Positions 1-9,622 of a stretch of 64,000 bases of DNA are shown in pieces. The stretch lies in IMG/VR virus record IMGVR_UViG_3300006805_000023. One strand, 5' to 3'. The position numbers and the translations under genes were made by a program. Below the pieces are notes generated by a model, which was not told the DNA's origin, did not search any database, and worked only from the letters and a program-made list of their open reading frames with translations. Source of the DNA: a virus (Duplodnaviria; Caudoviricetes). Numbering within the stretch: position 1 is the stretch's first letter; each line of letters begins with the position of its first letter.

Positions 1-59
1 ATGCGGTGGATGTCTTTGAGGAGGTTCATGACGAAACCTAATATAGGAACTAGCGTTTG

Positions 60-338
60 TCAAGTTCTCAGCTTGAGCAGCTCAGCCAGCATCTTAAGAG
101 ACGGGGCAATTTCCATGAGCTGCGCGATGTTATAGCTGATGCAACGCCAGATCATCAGAGAGAACTGCAACCACATGCCGACGAACATCGTGGCGAGACC
201 GGCGAACGGGTGTCCGAAGTAAATCAGAAGACCCCCAGTGACCATGAAGATCGCACCGATTGCCAGCTCGGCAAGGACGAAGACGCGTACTCTGGTGGTG
301 AAACGGGATGGACCCTTTGGCTTGGTTTCTTGACTCAT
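60..338 (-). CDS. small membrane protein with two predicted TM helices
   Basis: ORF 60..380; likely start at MSQETKPK (ATG 338); two long hydrophobic stretches (VFVLAELAIGAIFMVTGGLLIYFG; FAGLATMFVGMWLQFSLMIW); divergent from uvsY. Confidence 0.5.
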   Translation of the reverse strand: MSQETKPKGPSRFTTRVRVFVLAELAIGAIFMVTGGLLIYFGHPFAGLATMFVGMWLQFSLMIWRCISYNIAQLMEIAPSLKMLAELLKLRT

Positions 339-359
339 GCCACGATAGAAAGCACGAAC

Positions 360-809
360 ATGATCCCGCCTCCCCCACACGCTCTACTTCCTGAACTGAA
401 AATCGGCGACTACACGTTACCAGTAGCGTCGTTGCTGAAGCTCGATCCCGAAGCCCTGGACGAAGCCTATCAGGCTCAGGCGTCGTGGTTCGCCACTCTG
501 TCCTACCAGGAGTCCCAGCTTGAGAGCAAGATCAGGCGCAAGGAACGCCACATCAAGGAACTGGAGGCGAGCCATTACGGGCAGATCGCAGAGAGGGGCG
601 GCAAGAAGCCAGCCGAGGCTGCCATCAAAGCTCTGATCTCGATCAGCACGCCGGTCAGGCACGCCTACAAGGAGCTGTTTGATCTGGAGGAGGAACGCGA
701 TGCTTGGGCGGCGGTCCGGCAGGGGCTGGCTCAAAAGAAGGACATGATGGTGAACCTCGGAGCTAGCAAGCGCCTCGATCAGAAGTCCAACCTCGGTGCG
801 AGGGATTAA
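360..809 (+). CDS. uvsY: UvsY-like recombination mediator protein
   Basis: C-terminal part of ORF 57..809 (ATG 360); all-helical LKLDPEALDEAYQAQASWF...AIKALI...QKKDMMVNLGA pattern typical of T4 UvsY-like proteins. Confidence 0.65.
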   Translation: MIPPPPHALLPELKIGDYTLPVASLLKLDPEALDEAYQAQASWFATLSYQESQLESKIRRKERHIKELEASHYGQIAERGGKKPAEAAIKALISISTPVRHAYKELFDLEEERDAWAAVRQGLAQKKDMMVNLGASKRLDQKSNLGARD

Positions 810-848
810 CTTGCGCCAGCCTAAGGCGAACCTTTTACTACTCCCCAC

Positions 849-2495
849 ATGACCGACGAATCCAGCACCCTCCCCGACCTTGAAGAAGCCGACAACTCCC
901 CGCCGTGGGAAGATAACTTCAGTCCCGCAGCTGGGCGTGCAGCAGCTGAAGAGGAACAAGAGGATTGGGACGCCCCTAGAAAATCAACCTTCCTGACTGC
1001 TGCTCCAGTCGAGGTGGTTTTGACGAAGCGCGATCCGGTCCCGATGAAGTGGGACTTTGCAAAGCCGCCACGCCAGCCCCAGACCACGGCGCTCGACTGG
1101 CTGGTCACTCAGGAGCATGAGCAGGAGTCCTGTTCAATCTGCGCCCCAACCGGGTCCGGCAAGAGTGCCATCGCCCGTGCCGTCTCGGCAACGCACCGTG
1201 GTATCACGCTGGTCCCGCAAAAGATCCTGCAGGATCAGTACATGAACACCTGGCCCGACTCACGCCTCTTGAAGGGCTCCGGCAACTACTCATGCAAGGG
1301 CGCAGTAAACTGCAAGGTTGGAGCCAAACACTCCAAGGTCAAGGACTGCCGCAAATGCGCCTGCCCCTTCGCAGAGGCGAAGAGCGCGTTCCTGAGCGGT
1401 CAGTGCTCGATCACCAACTACGCGGCCTTCTTCAGCTTCCGGCAGCACGACCCAGGATTCGATCCAACTCACCACGCGCTCATCATGGACGAGTCCCACA
1501 ACTTGGAGGGGGCCTTGATCAACTCGGCGACTCTGGTGATGACTGAGGAGAAGTACGTGAAGGTCACCAAGGCTGACTTCCGGATGCCGCGCACCCTGAA
1601 CGCTGCCATGACGATGATGGAGACCTTCGTGAAGGCCTTCCAGAAGGAGACTATCTCACCGAGCCCGTTCTGGACTGAGATCGAAGAAATGGTGGACCTA
1701 ATCACGTTCGTGTTCGAACGGGTTGAGGAGGAGGGCGACGACTCTTGGATTCTGTGCAACGACAAAGATGGCTTCCGGGTCTGCCCGGTCACTTCCGACA
1801 GCCTCTACCAGCGTTACGTCGGCAGCCGCTGGAGCATCCTAATGTCTGCCACCCCTCCCCCGCAAGACCAGCTCGATAACTGGCTGGGCGAAGGCCACCG
1901 GTCGCTGGAACTGCCCAGCACCTTCCCAGTCGCCAACAGGCCGGTGCGCTTCGTGCCGGTGGGTCGTCTCAACAAGGACAGCCTCGCCACCCCTGACATC
2001 CAGAACAAGCTGCTCAAACGGATCGCCGCTATCCTGAACCACCACACCGGCGAGAAGGGCATCATCCACACGGCGACCTATGCGCTGGCTGAAATGATCG
2101 GCAGCAGGCTCAAAAGCCCACGCCTGTTGATTCAACAGCCAGGCAACCGCGAGGAGATCTTGGAGAAGCACCTGATGTCGAAGCAACCGACCGTTCTGGT
2201 GTCGCCGTCGATGACTGAGGGCGTCGATCTCTACGACAACCTTGGCCGGTTCAACATCATCGTGAAGGTGCCGTTCGCCAATCTGGGTGACAACTGGGTC
2301 AAGGCCCGTAAGGAGCGCTCCCCCAACTGGTACAACTGGTGTGCCATGAAGGATCTGGTCCAGGCGATCGGTCGCACGACCCGACACGAGAACGACTACA
2401 GCGAGTCCTACATCCTGGACGGGTCGTTCGAAATGCTGTTCAATCGCAGCTCGTTCCTGTTCCCGAAATGGTTCGCCGACTCAATCCAGAGCTAG
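849..2495 (+). CDS. DinG/Rad3-like SF2 helicase
   Basis: Walker A APTGSGKS, IMDESHN (DEAH-like), Cys cluster, C-terminal SPSMTEGVDL and QAIGRTTRHENDY motifs. Confidence 0.85.
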   Translation: MTDESSTLPDLEEADNSPPWEDNFSPAAGRAAAEEEQEDWDAPRKSTFLTAAPVEVVLTKRDPVPMKWDFAKPPRQPQTTALDWLVTQEHEQESCSICAPTGSGKSAIARAVSATHRGITLVPQKILQDQYMNTWPDSRLLKGSGNYSCKGAVNCKVGAKHSKVKDCRKCACPFAEAKSAFLSGQCSITNYAAFFSFRQHDPGFDPTHHALIMDESHNLEGALINSATLVMTEEKYVKVTKADFRMPRTLNAAMTMMETFVKAFQKETISPSPFWTEIEEMVDLITFVFERVEEEGDDSWILCNDKDGFRVCPVTSDSLYQRYVGSRWSILMSATPPPQDQLDNWLGEGHRSLELPSTFPVANRPVRFVPVGRLNKDSLATPDIQNKLLKRIAAILNHHTGEKGIIHTATYALAEMIGSRLKSPRLLIQQPGNREEILEKHLMSKQPTVLVSPSMTEGVDLYDNLGRFNIIVKVPFANLGDNWVKARKERSPNWYNWCAMKDLVQAIGRTTRHENDYSESYILDGSFEMLFNRSSFLFPKWFADSIQS

Positions 2496-3283
2496 GCATC
2501 GCCCGGAGGAGCTTGGGTCGGGTCCACCCTGATGTTGGCACCGGTATCGAAGATCTCGTTTCCGATGTCGTCATTTTCGTGGTTCACACCGAGGATGCGA
2601 GGGGCGAACAGAATGTCGTCCCACATCCAGGCCTCGACCTTGACGGTCAAAACCGCGTGCATGATCAGCTCCTCGTTTTCCGAGCGAGACACTTGGCTTT
2701 GGTCTTCCATGGCTTCGCGCCAGATCGCCGTGATGAACTTAGTGGGTCCAGGAGAATGAGCAATCGTGGCGTGGGCGAGGCGGTCGCGGAACGACATCTC
2801 CATGCGGTGTTTCATCCAGGCCAGATGGTTTTTCTTGCGCGCCCACAGGTCGATGGAGTACATGAACCACATCGGCTTCGGGTAACGAGTGAACTGCTCG
2901 TTGGTCTGGCCGTACACTCCCAGATTGCGTAGCGGGAAGCGGGTCTGACCCTCGCGCAAGTCCTCTCCGGTGTTATGGACGCTCGCCATCGGAAGCGGGA
3001 GGTTGGAATAGTCACGCGGGTTGTTGGAGCAGTTCTCCAGCACGCCCAGCTCGATCAACATCGTGCGCATGTTCGCAAAAGCGTTCTGAGGTGGGGAAGG
3101 GATGACCGGCAACGCCTTGCCGTCAACCATCAGACGCGACCTCACCCAGTCAGCCATCGCCTCGTTGTAGATGCGGTATGAGGTCCCAAGGCTGTCCATG
3201 TTGGGGGCGACCTGCAGAGACACCTTGTTGTAGTCCGTGGGAACTAAACTGGCTGAATGTAGTGGCAGGACAGTCTTGATCAT
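2492..3283 (-). CDS. putative tail completion/terminator-like virion protein
   Basis: 263 aa; RYPKPMWFMYSIDLWAR pattern resembles myovirus tail-completion proteins; coupled to upstream structural gene. Confidence 0.4.
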   Translation of the reverse strand: MIKTVLPLHSASLVPTDYNKVSLQVAPNMDSLGTSYRIYNEAMADWVRSRLMVDGKALPVIPSPPQNAFANMRTMLIELGVLENCSNNPRDYSNLPLPMASVHNTGEDLREGQTRFPLRNLGVYGQTNEQFTRYPKPMWFMYSIDLWARKKNHLAWMKHRMEMSFRDRLAHATIAHSPGPTKFITAIWREAMEDQSQVSRSENEELIMHAVLTVKVEAWMWDDILFAPRILGVNHENDDIGNEIFDTGANIRVDPTQAPPGDA

Positions 3284-4065
3284 ACGGCGAGTCCGGTCCC
3301 CTTGACAACCGCCTTGAGAGCGCGGCTGCGCGGTGTCTGCAGTCGGTCATAGGCGGAACCGATGTAGCTTGGGTCGTAGCCGGAGCTATTAGGGATGAGG
3401 AGCCGGACCGTGCGCGTCCCTGGAATCAACCACATGTCCTCGACCGCGAAGCCGTTGGCACCACGGTCGAGCTGGCGGTAAACGTACTCAGGAGGTGGGT
3501 CTGGGACAGCGTTGGTAGGGACGGCAATGTCGAGGCGCTCAAGCACCGTGATCGACAAGACGCTGCTCGGATCGAGTACTTTGCCACTGAGAGCGGCCAG
3601 AGCAAGATCGGTCACGGTCCGTGCTCCGGCCTGCCACGTGAAGTTGACCCAGGCGGATGCGAAGTCGAGCGGAACGCCGTCCTTGTAGTTTTGAAAGCTA
3701 GAGGACAGAGTCTCCGCCTCACTCGCAACGTTAAGCACTGCGGCGTCCACATAACGCTTCGTGGTGAGGTGGGAGGCTGCGGTCGGGTCGATCCCGGACT
3801 GTGGCTTCGTGAACCGAACCGAGCCGTTGGACAGGATGTTACGGGAGACGTCGCCAGTGCCAACTTGCTGACTGAGGGCTCCGACTACCTCGTTGACCTT
3901 GGCAGCGATCAGGTTGGTCCGGTGGGCCACGTCTCCGAAAACCCGGTTGAACAACGCTATGGTCAGTGCGTCTGATACCTCGATGTAACGAATTCTACCA
4001 CCGTTGGTCGGAGACCTGAATGGGTCCGTGTTTGGTAGCATCGGGTCTATGGTAAGCGTCTGCAT
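3280..4065 (-). CDS. putative virion structural protein
   Basis: contains GIDPTAASHLTTKRYVD, the same short motif repeated in the tail fibre at 18143; preceded by candidate late promoter. Confidence 0.45.
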   Translation of the reverse strand: MQTLTIDPMLPNTDPFRSPTNGGRIRYIEVSDALTIALFNRVFGDVAHRTNLIAAKVNEVVGALSQQVGTGDVSRNILSNGSVRFTKPQSGIDPTAASHLTTKRYVDAAVLNVASEAETLSSSFQNYKDGVPLDFASAWVNFTWQAGARTVTDLALAALSGKVLDPSSVLSITVLERLDIAVPTNAVPDPPPEYVYRQLDRGANGFAVEDMWLIPGTRTVRLLIPNSSGYDPSYIGSAYDRLQTPRSRALKAVVKGTGLAV

Positions 4066-4080
4066 GTGTAAATAAGTAAA

Positions 4081-4620
4081 ATGGCACAGACACGACTCCT
4101 AGGGCAGCTTGGATTTGCAGACAGGCTCAACGGAGTGACTGTGCCTGGAATCCCGATTTATGGGATGGACCCTATCATCCTCAGCCGGGAGGCCAGATTC
4201 GACATGGAGTCAGGTTCTCAGGCTATCATGCCAGTGACTTGGCAGGGCAGCACCGTGCTTGAGTACCAGTTCAGGTTCGAGCTGGTAGCTGGGATCGAGG
4301 TGGCGAACCGTGATGAGCTGTTCAAGCACATGAAAACGGCGCAGGCTCTGGTGGCGCACACCATTTCACCGGGAGGTGGAGTGGCTGGCCCTGCCGCAGC
4401 GCGGCTGTTCCTTGGCAAGTTCTTGAACACTCGTGGTGTAGTCAAGTCCTGCACCGTCGAGGGGAAAGGGCCGTATGACATCAACCTGCAGCCTACGTCT
4501 TGCGTGTTCACTGGAGTGTTCGCCGTCGTTCCTGGCTATAACGCTATCCTAGCTCAGGTGGAGCAGAACCGCAACACGCTGTCCGCTAGCGCGGTCCTGG
4601 AGCGTTTCTATTCTGTCTAA
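4081..4620 (+). CDS. putative baseplate/tube-initiator (contractile system tube-like) protein
   Basis: 179 aa; LEYQFRFELVAG...RLFLGKFLNTRGVVKSCTVE pattern; TAATG-coupled to baseplate wedge gene. Confidence 0.45.
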   Translation: MAQTRLLGQLGFADRLNGVTVPGIPIYGMDPIILSREARFDMESGSQAIMPVTWQGSTVLEYQFRFELVAGIEVANRDELFKHMKTAQALVAHTISPGGGVAGPAAARLFLGKFLNTRGVVKSCTVEGKGPYDINLQPTSCVFTGVFAVVPGYNAILAQVEQNRNTLSASAVLERFYSV

Positions 4621-7600
4621 TGCGCACTCTCGACTATCAGATCGCCACCCTTGAAGATGGTGCGTTGTTCAACCTGCTGCCACGCACGGTGCGATCCCGC
4701 GATGGCGGAGCGGTCCGGGCCTTGGTGAGGCTGCTTGAATCTCGTCACAACGAGATGGCTGAGGTGTACCGGCAGCTGCCTCGACTGCAAGACCCGACCA
4801 AGGCCGGAGCTTTCGCCCCAGAGGATTTCCGAGAAGACCCAGTTCTGTACGCTCAGTGGAAGGAGCTGCGCGAACGGCTTAGCCCACTGAGCGCTCCGGA
4901 GCAGCTGCTGCTCGACCATCTGGCAGAACTGGTGCCGGTGTCAGTGCGAGCCCGCTCTTGGGAACAGCAGTCACTGCGAGCCCTGGCTGGTGCCTGCGGC
5001 GACACGCTTCCGCAAGGCCCGTTCTCCAATTACTGGCGTGACTTTGTGGCGTCGGCCACCCTGCGCCATCGACTGCGCGGCACCCACTCAGGCCTGTACC
5101 TGCTCGGCGCTGTGCTGGGTATTGTGGACATTAAGATCACGGAGCTGTGGACGTCGTATGACATCAAACAGCCAGAGACCCCGCAGCAGACTGGCACCTC
5201 CAGACTGGTGCTGGTCCCCGATGAGTACCCTCTGTGGGGCGAGGCGTCCTCCCTGCTTGAACGTGGCAACGAGCTTGGATCAGAGACCTCATTCCAGAGC
5301 CCGCAGGTCCCATACGGCACGCCTGGTTATAGCCCGCTGATCCAAGACGACGGCGGCTCGACGGTGACTGCTACCTTTCCGCGCCTCTCACCCTCGCCAT
5401 CGAGCCCGTACAGTTTCCGTAAGATCGTTAACCAGAACAACCCGTTCGGCAACTTCATCGGCGAGGTTCGTGGGGCGTTGGAGCCTGGAACCTACCTCTC
5501 AGACGTTGACGCGGTCGGTCGTGGAGTGATCCGCTTCCCATACCTGGCTCTGACCGGCTTTGCCACCTTCCAGCTGTCTGAGCATCTGACCAAGACAATC
5601 ACAGTGGCGATCAGTGGTACCTCGACCCAGTCGATGGCTCTGACCGGACCAACCAGCAAAGTCAGGTTCAAGTCATCCCGTTACAACGCCAGTTATGTGG
5701 TTGATCCTCTGGAAATGTCCAGGTTCTATCTGCCAGAGCTGGTGGTGCTGATTCCTGACGCCACGCCGGACGATGGCACACTGAGCCGGACCGTGCCAGC
5801 TAGGCCGGTTACTGGATCACTTGACGGTACACGCATCATCGCCCCGGCTGATCTCAAAGTCATGAGCCTTGGTGGCATGAACGAGACCGCCGGAGTGGCG
5901 CGTGCTCTGGCTCAAGGCCAGCTCCCTATGACCAGAGAGGTCAACCAGGAGTTGTTTGGGGTGTCATCCAAGGACTTGGTGCGTTACGCCCCCTACAAAC
6001 CACTGACGTCAGTGGTGCTGGCCGATGCCAACGGCCTGTGCTGGGAACTGACCGTCGATCAGTCTGGGGTCGTGCTGCTGAGCGAGTCCAACAAGGCAGC
6101 TACGACAGCCCCGGTTCAGAACGATAACGGCACGATGGTCGAGTGGGCGGTGTCGGTGGTTGGAAAGTTTGTACCACGCGCCACCCAGCTCTCACGTAAC
6201 GACGTGGTGTTCCTGAGTTCGGATTCGTTTTCGGGTTATGTTTACCTGAGTCAGGGAGGCTTGTTCTCCAGCCGTGTCCAAGGTGAGTTCATCACCGAGG
6301 TGCTGCATGGTGATGGAACCCCGAACGAACAGAACCTGCGTGCACTCTATCACAACGTGGTCGAAAACCCGCCGGAGCACCTGCGTGGTGTTATGTCAGA
6401 GGACGCCTTTGCTGTGTCGCAGGACACTGGAGTGCTGTTCCAGACCCGGCCAGAAGACTCCGTACAGGCCTCCCCGTTGCTACGCGACCGAGTCCCGTCT
6501 GGAATAGCTGCCAACCTGATTCCAGGAGACGAGGGCTTCTCAGCCGAGCGCTCGATGGGGTCGCTGACCGGTAGGACTGCCTGTAACGACATTCGCAACC
6601 GTTACGTCGGGATCGAGGCTACGCTGGTTCAGCCAGTCCCAACCGGTGACGCGACCCGGAATGACGGCCTCACTTACGATTACCCGATCGAGTTCCTGAC
6701 CTACTACGGGTTCTGGCACTGGCGTGATCGTCTGACCAACGCCCCCTACAAAAGCCACTACCTCTACGGGTCGGCGTCTCCGACTTGCGGCGGCACCCTA
6801 GTCACTGAAAGCCTTGGTGGTGATGGCCCCAACGAGGGCTCGCACATTCCGCCTCAAGGAGATTTCCCCGAAGTGTCATCCACCGGCTTCCGTGTCAGCC
6901 CCAACTCGCAGGTCACCTTGCGCGATCTGACAACTGAGTGGAGGCGCGAGTTTCATCAGTCAGCTGAAGCTCTCGCGACTGCGGCCAGCGTCGTTGATAG
7001 TGGAGGGCAGGCGAAGATATCCGCACTCGCGGAGCAGCCGGTCGGGTCGTTGTTCACAATCACCAGCCCATCCGGCAATTATACCACGTCCGGAGCGTTT
7101 CACCTCGGCGGTGGAGTCCTTGACCTCACCTTCATTGCGACAGAGGACGTCGAGCTGTACCGGAGGCGTGGCGAATTGGAGTTGTCAAGCGAACGTCAGG
7201 TGGTGCTGAACATCCGCTCAACCGACGTTATCAAGACGTCGTGGCGGATCGGGTACACCAACAGCTCCGGGCGTCACCTGCTGCGCTTCGGCCAAGTGGT
7301 TCCAGGCAACCAGTACGAGGCCACCTTCACCGTCCCTGACGGCAGCTATTCAGCATGGGCCGACAGCAGCGGCGGGCAGCACCAACTTAGCCTACGCATC
7401 GACGTGCCGACTGGCACCCTACCGACCTGGCCCGAACTGGCTGGGCAACAACTGATGGGTGGAGGCGAGCGTGATGCTATCGAGGTCACAATCGTTGATC
7501 CAGGCGAGCACTACTACGACTACGGCGACGGACGCAGCTCGTTGGACCCTTTGCTATCTGGCAAGAAGTGGTTCAGAGGTGGCGACTGGGCTGGCGGAGC

Positions 7601-8618
7601 CCCGAACCAGTTCTCCAGCAGCTCCAGCTCCTCGCGGTCGTCGGCCAGCTCTGCCTCTTCGAACTCCTCGTCCAGCTCAACGCCATCGTCTGCCTCTTCG
7701 AATTCTTCGTCCAGTTCTTCTCGTAACAGCTCCTCGTCCAGCTCCAGCCAGGAACTGTTCTTGCTGCTCGGTGGCTCGCTTCTCACTCTGGGAGACGGGG
7801 TGACGCCGCTTAGGTTGTACGCTCCCCCTGAGTCATCGTCGGCCAGTTCTGCCAGCTCGGCTAGTTCTGCCTCCTCCAACTCAAGCTCTAGCTCTAGCCC
7901 CTCGTCGAACTCCTCATCGAGCTCAAGCTCAACACCGTCGTCGGCGTCTTCAAACTCCAGCTCTAGCAGTTCCACACCATCGTCTGTCTCCTCCCAGAGC
8001 AGTGCATCCTCGAACTCCTCCAGCTCATCCTCCAGTCCGTCGTCGGCCTCCTCGAACTCCTCCAGCTCATCCTCCAGTCCGTCGTCGGCCTCCTCGAACA
8101 GCTCCTCCAGTTCTTCGAGTTCCTCGCACCATGCTACCAGCTACGGTAACACACTTGGAACAGGCAACCGCACTAGCTTTATCACCACTCAAACCAACAC
8201 AATCAATGGTGGTGATGCCAGCAGTTTGGTTGATGGCAACACAGCCTCTGGCGGGGGCTTGCTTCTGACACTCGGTTCCCCGGCCTACATTCGGTTTGAC
8301 CTTGGTAGCGCCCGTTGGATTGACCAGGTGCGCTGGATACAGTCGAGTGCTGCCTCAAGTGGTACCTGGCGCTGGGAAGGGTCAAGCGACACTATCAACT
8401 GGACCGTCCTCTCGGCCAACTTCACCCTGGGTGGCTCCACAACACAGACTCATGACCTTAACATCTGGCAGGACGCATTCAGGTACTACCGGATCATTCA
8501 GGTGAGCGGCTCGATCACGAGCACGACAATCCGTGAAGTTGAGTTCCAGATCGACGCCTCTTCCGGGATCGACTACTCCAGCTCATCCAGCTCCTCCAGC
8601 AGCTCATCTTCACCCTAA
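4620..8618 (+). CDS. large baseplate wedge protein (P2 gpI/T4 gp7-like N-terminus) with poly-Ser tracts and F5/8-type C (discoidin-like) domain
   Basis: N-terminal DPTKA...LRHRLRGTHSGLYLLGAVLG...ITELW; C-terminal LVDGNT...IRFDLGSARWIDQVR...WEGSSDTINWT...FRYYRII; Ser tracts 7614-7748, 7833-8126, 8577-8612. Confidence 0.65.
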   Translation: MRTLDYQIATLEDGALFNLLPRTVRSRDGGAVRALVRLLESRHNEMAEVYRQLPRLQDPTKAGAFAPEDFREDPVLYAQWKELRERLSPLSAPEQLLLDHLAELVPVSVRARSWEQQSLRALAGACGDTLPQGPFSNYWRDFVASATLRHRLRGTHSGLYLLGAVLGIVDIKITELWTSYDIKQPETPQQTGTSRLVLVPDEYPLWGEASSLLERGNELGSETSFQSPQVPYGTPGYSPLIQDDGGSTVTATFPRLSPSPSSPYSFRKIVNQNNPFGNFIGEVRGALEPGTYLSDVDAVGRGVIRFPYLALTGFATFQLSEHLTKTITVAISGTSTQSMALTGPTSKVRFKSSRYNASYVVDPLEMSRFYLPELVVLIPDATPDDGTLSRTVPARPVTGSLDGTRIIAPADLKVMSLGGMNETAGVARALAQGQLPMTREVNQELFGVSSKDLVRYAPYKPLTSVVLADANGLCWELTVDQSGVVLLSESNKAATTAPVQNDNGTMVEWAVSVVGKFVPRATQLSRNDVVFLSSDSFSGYVYLSQGGLFSSRVQGEFITEVLHGDGTPNEQNLRALYHNVVENPPEHLRGVMSEDAFAVSQDTGVLFQTRPEDSVQASPLLRDRVPSGIAANLIPGDEGFSAERSMGSLTGRTACNDIRNRYVGIEATLVQPVPTGDATRNDGLTYDYPIEFLTYYGFWHWRDRLTNAPYKSHYLYGSASPTCGGTLVTESLGGDGPNEGSHIPPQGDFPEVSSTGFRVSPNSQVTLRDLTTEWRREFHQSAEALATAASVVDSGGQAKISALAEQPVGSLFTITSPSGNYTTSGAFHLGGGVLDLTFIATEDVELYRRRGELELSSERQVVLNIRSTDVIKTSWRIGYTNSSGRHLLRFGQVVPGNQYEATFTVPDGSYSAWADSSGGQHQLSLRIDVPTGTLPTWPELAGQQLMGGGERDAIEVTIVDPGEHYYDYGDGRSSLDPLLSGKKWFRGGDWAGGAPNQFSSSSSSSRSSASSASSNSSSSSTPSSASSNSSSSSSRNSSSSSSSQELFLLLGGSLLTLGDGVTPLRLYAPPESSSASSASSASSASSNSSSSSSPSSNSSSSSSSTPSSASSNSSSSSSTPSSVSSQSSASSNSSSSSSSPSSASSNSSSSSSSPSSASSNSSSSSSSSSHHATSYGNTLGTGNRTSFITTQTNTINGGDASSLVDGNTASGGGLLLTLGSPAYIRFDLGSARWIDQVRWIQSSAASSGTWRWEGSSDTINWTVLSANFTLGGSTTQTHDLNIWQDAFRYYRIIQVSGSITSTTIREVEFQIDASSGIDYSSSSSSSSSSSSP
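7614..8126 (+). repeat. poly-serine coding repeat (unit approx. PSSASSNSSSSSS) in two blocks
   Basis: direct translation; mixed TCN/AGY codons; interrupted by a 28-aa non-Ser spacer. Confidence 0.95.
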
Positions 8619-8627
8619 GTATTTCAC

Positions 8628-9587
8628 ATGGACTGGCCAGACATCCCCGTAGCTTCAATCGCAGACATCCTAAGCACCTCCACGTTTCTGGTGTGCGACC
8701 AGCCCAACCTAGCTGGGCAAGGGCCAGCTGCTTTCAAGGTCGTCGATCGCGAGCTGCTACGCCGCATCTGCGGAGTTGCCGATATCCAGGTCTTTTCGAC
8801 GGCGGGCTCAACCTCCACATGGACCAAGCCCGCCCTGGCTTCCATGGTGGACGTTTTAGTCGTTGGCGGAGGTGGTGGTGGCGGCGGTGGTCGCAGAGGC
8901 GCGGCGACCACAGTACGCGGCGGTGGCGGTGGTGGTGCCCCTGCAGCGATCAAAAGGCTGCGCATTGAAGCCTCCCAGCTCGACCCTACTGTGTCGGTGT
9001 ATGTGGGAAACGGTGGTGGTGGCGGGGCAAAGGCTACAACGAACGACGCCAACGGCTCAAACGGCGGAGCTGGTGAAAGTTCTTCGTTTGGAAGCATCAT
9101 CGCGGTCGGCGGCTCGGTCGGCGGGGGAGGAAGCGCCAGCCCAGGCGCAGCTGGTTCTCTCAAAAACAACTCAATCTCGATCTACAACGGCATCGCAGGA
9201 GCCACGGGGGCTGGAGGTCTCGGTGGCGTCACTGCTGGTACGAAACCGAGTGCTCTCGCTTATCACGCACCAACCGGAGGCGGAGGTGGTGGGGGTATCA
9301 ACGGTTCTGGCACGGTAGGCACAGGAGCAGACAGCGGTGACATGGGGTCGTCTGGTGACGTTCTATTGGCCGGAGCAACGCCAGCGGGTAGCAACGGCGG
9401 CAACAGCATCTACCGCTTCGGGGTCGGCGGGGCTGGCGGTAGTGCCAGTGCTACAGCTGACGCTCAGGACGGCGGCACCGGCGGTAGAGGTGCTGGCGGT
9501 GGCGGTGGCGGTGGTTCTCTAAACGGCTTCAACAGTGGCGCTGGTGGTGCCGGTGGTGCCGGTCTCGTGATCGTCATCACTACATAA
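8628..9587 (+). CDS. glycine-rich tail fibre/virion protein
   Basis: VDVLVVGGGGGGGGG, GGAGESSSFG, GGAGLVIVIT: typical phage Gly-rich fibre domain. Confidence 0.7.
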   Translation: MDWPDIPVASIADILSTSTFLVCDQPNLAGQGPAAFKVVDRELLRRICGVADIQVFSTAGSTSTWTKPALASMVDVLVVGGGGGGGGGRRGAATTVRGGGGGGAPAAIKRLRIEASQLDPTVSVYVGNGGGGGAKATTNDANGSNGGAGESSSFGSIIAVGGSVGGGGSASPGAAGSLKNNSISIYNGIAGATGAGGLGGVTAGTKPSALAYHAPTGGGGGGGINGSGTVGTGADSGDMGSSGDVLLAGATPAGSNGGNSIYRFGVGGAGGSASATADAQDGGTGGRGAGGGGGGGSLNGFNSGAGGAGGAGLVIVITT

Positions 9588-9622
9588 GGGCGAACCCCGG
9601 TCTTGACATCAGGCCCGTTCTG

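Noticed and set aside
57-359. N-terminal 100 aa of the track ORF 57..809 as part of UvsY
   Set aside because: It overlaps a plausible membrane-protein gene on the opposite strand; the UvsY-like similarity starts after ATG 360.
7520-7975. Acidic ELELDEE-type ORFs antisense to the Ser tracts (also 13751..13972, 20539..21000, 63737..63952)
   Set aside because: They are reverse-strand shadows of Ser codons, which lack stops in that frame; there is no independent evidence of coding.
7614-8126. Poly-Ser tracts as simple microsatellite slippage or assembly artefact
   Set aside because: All six Ser codons are intermixed and the frame is preserved in four independent genes; only a few local exact duplications exist.
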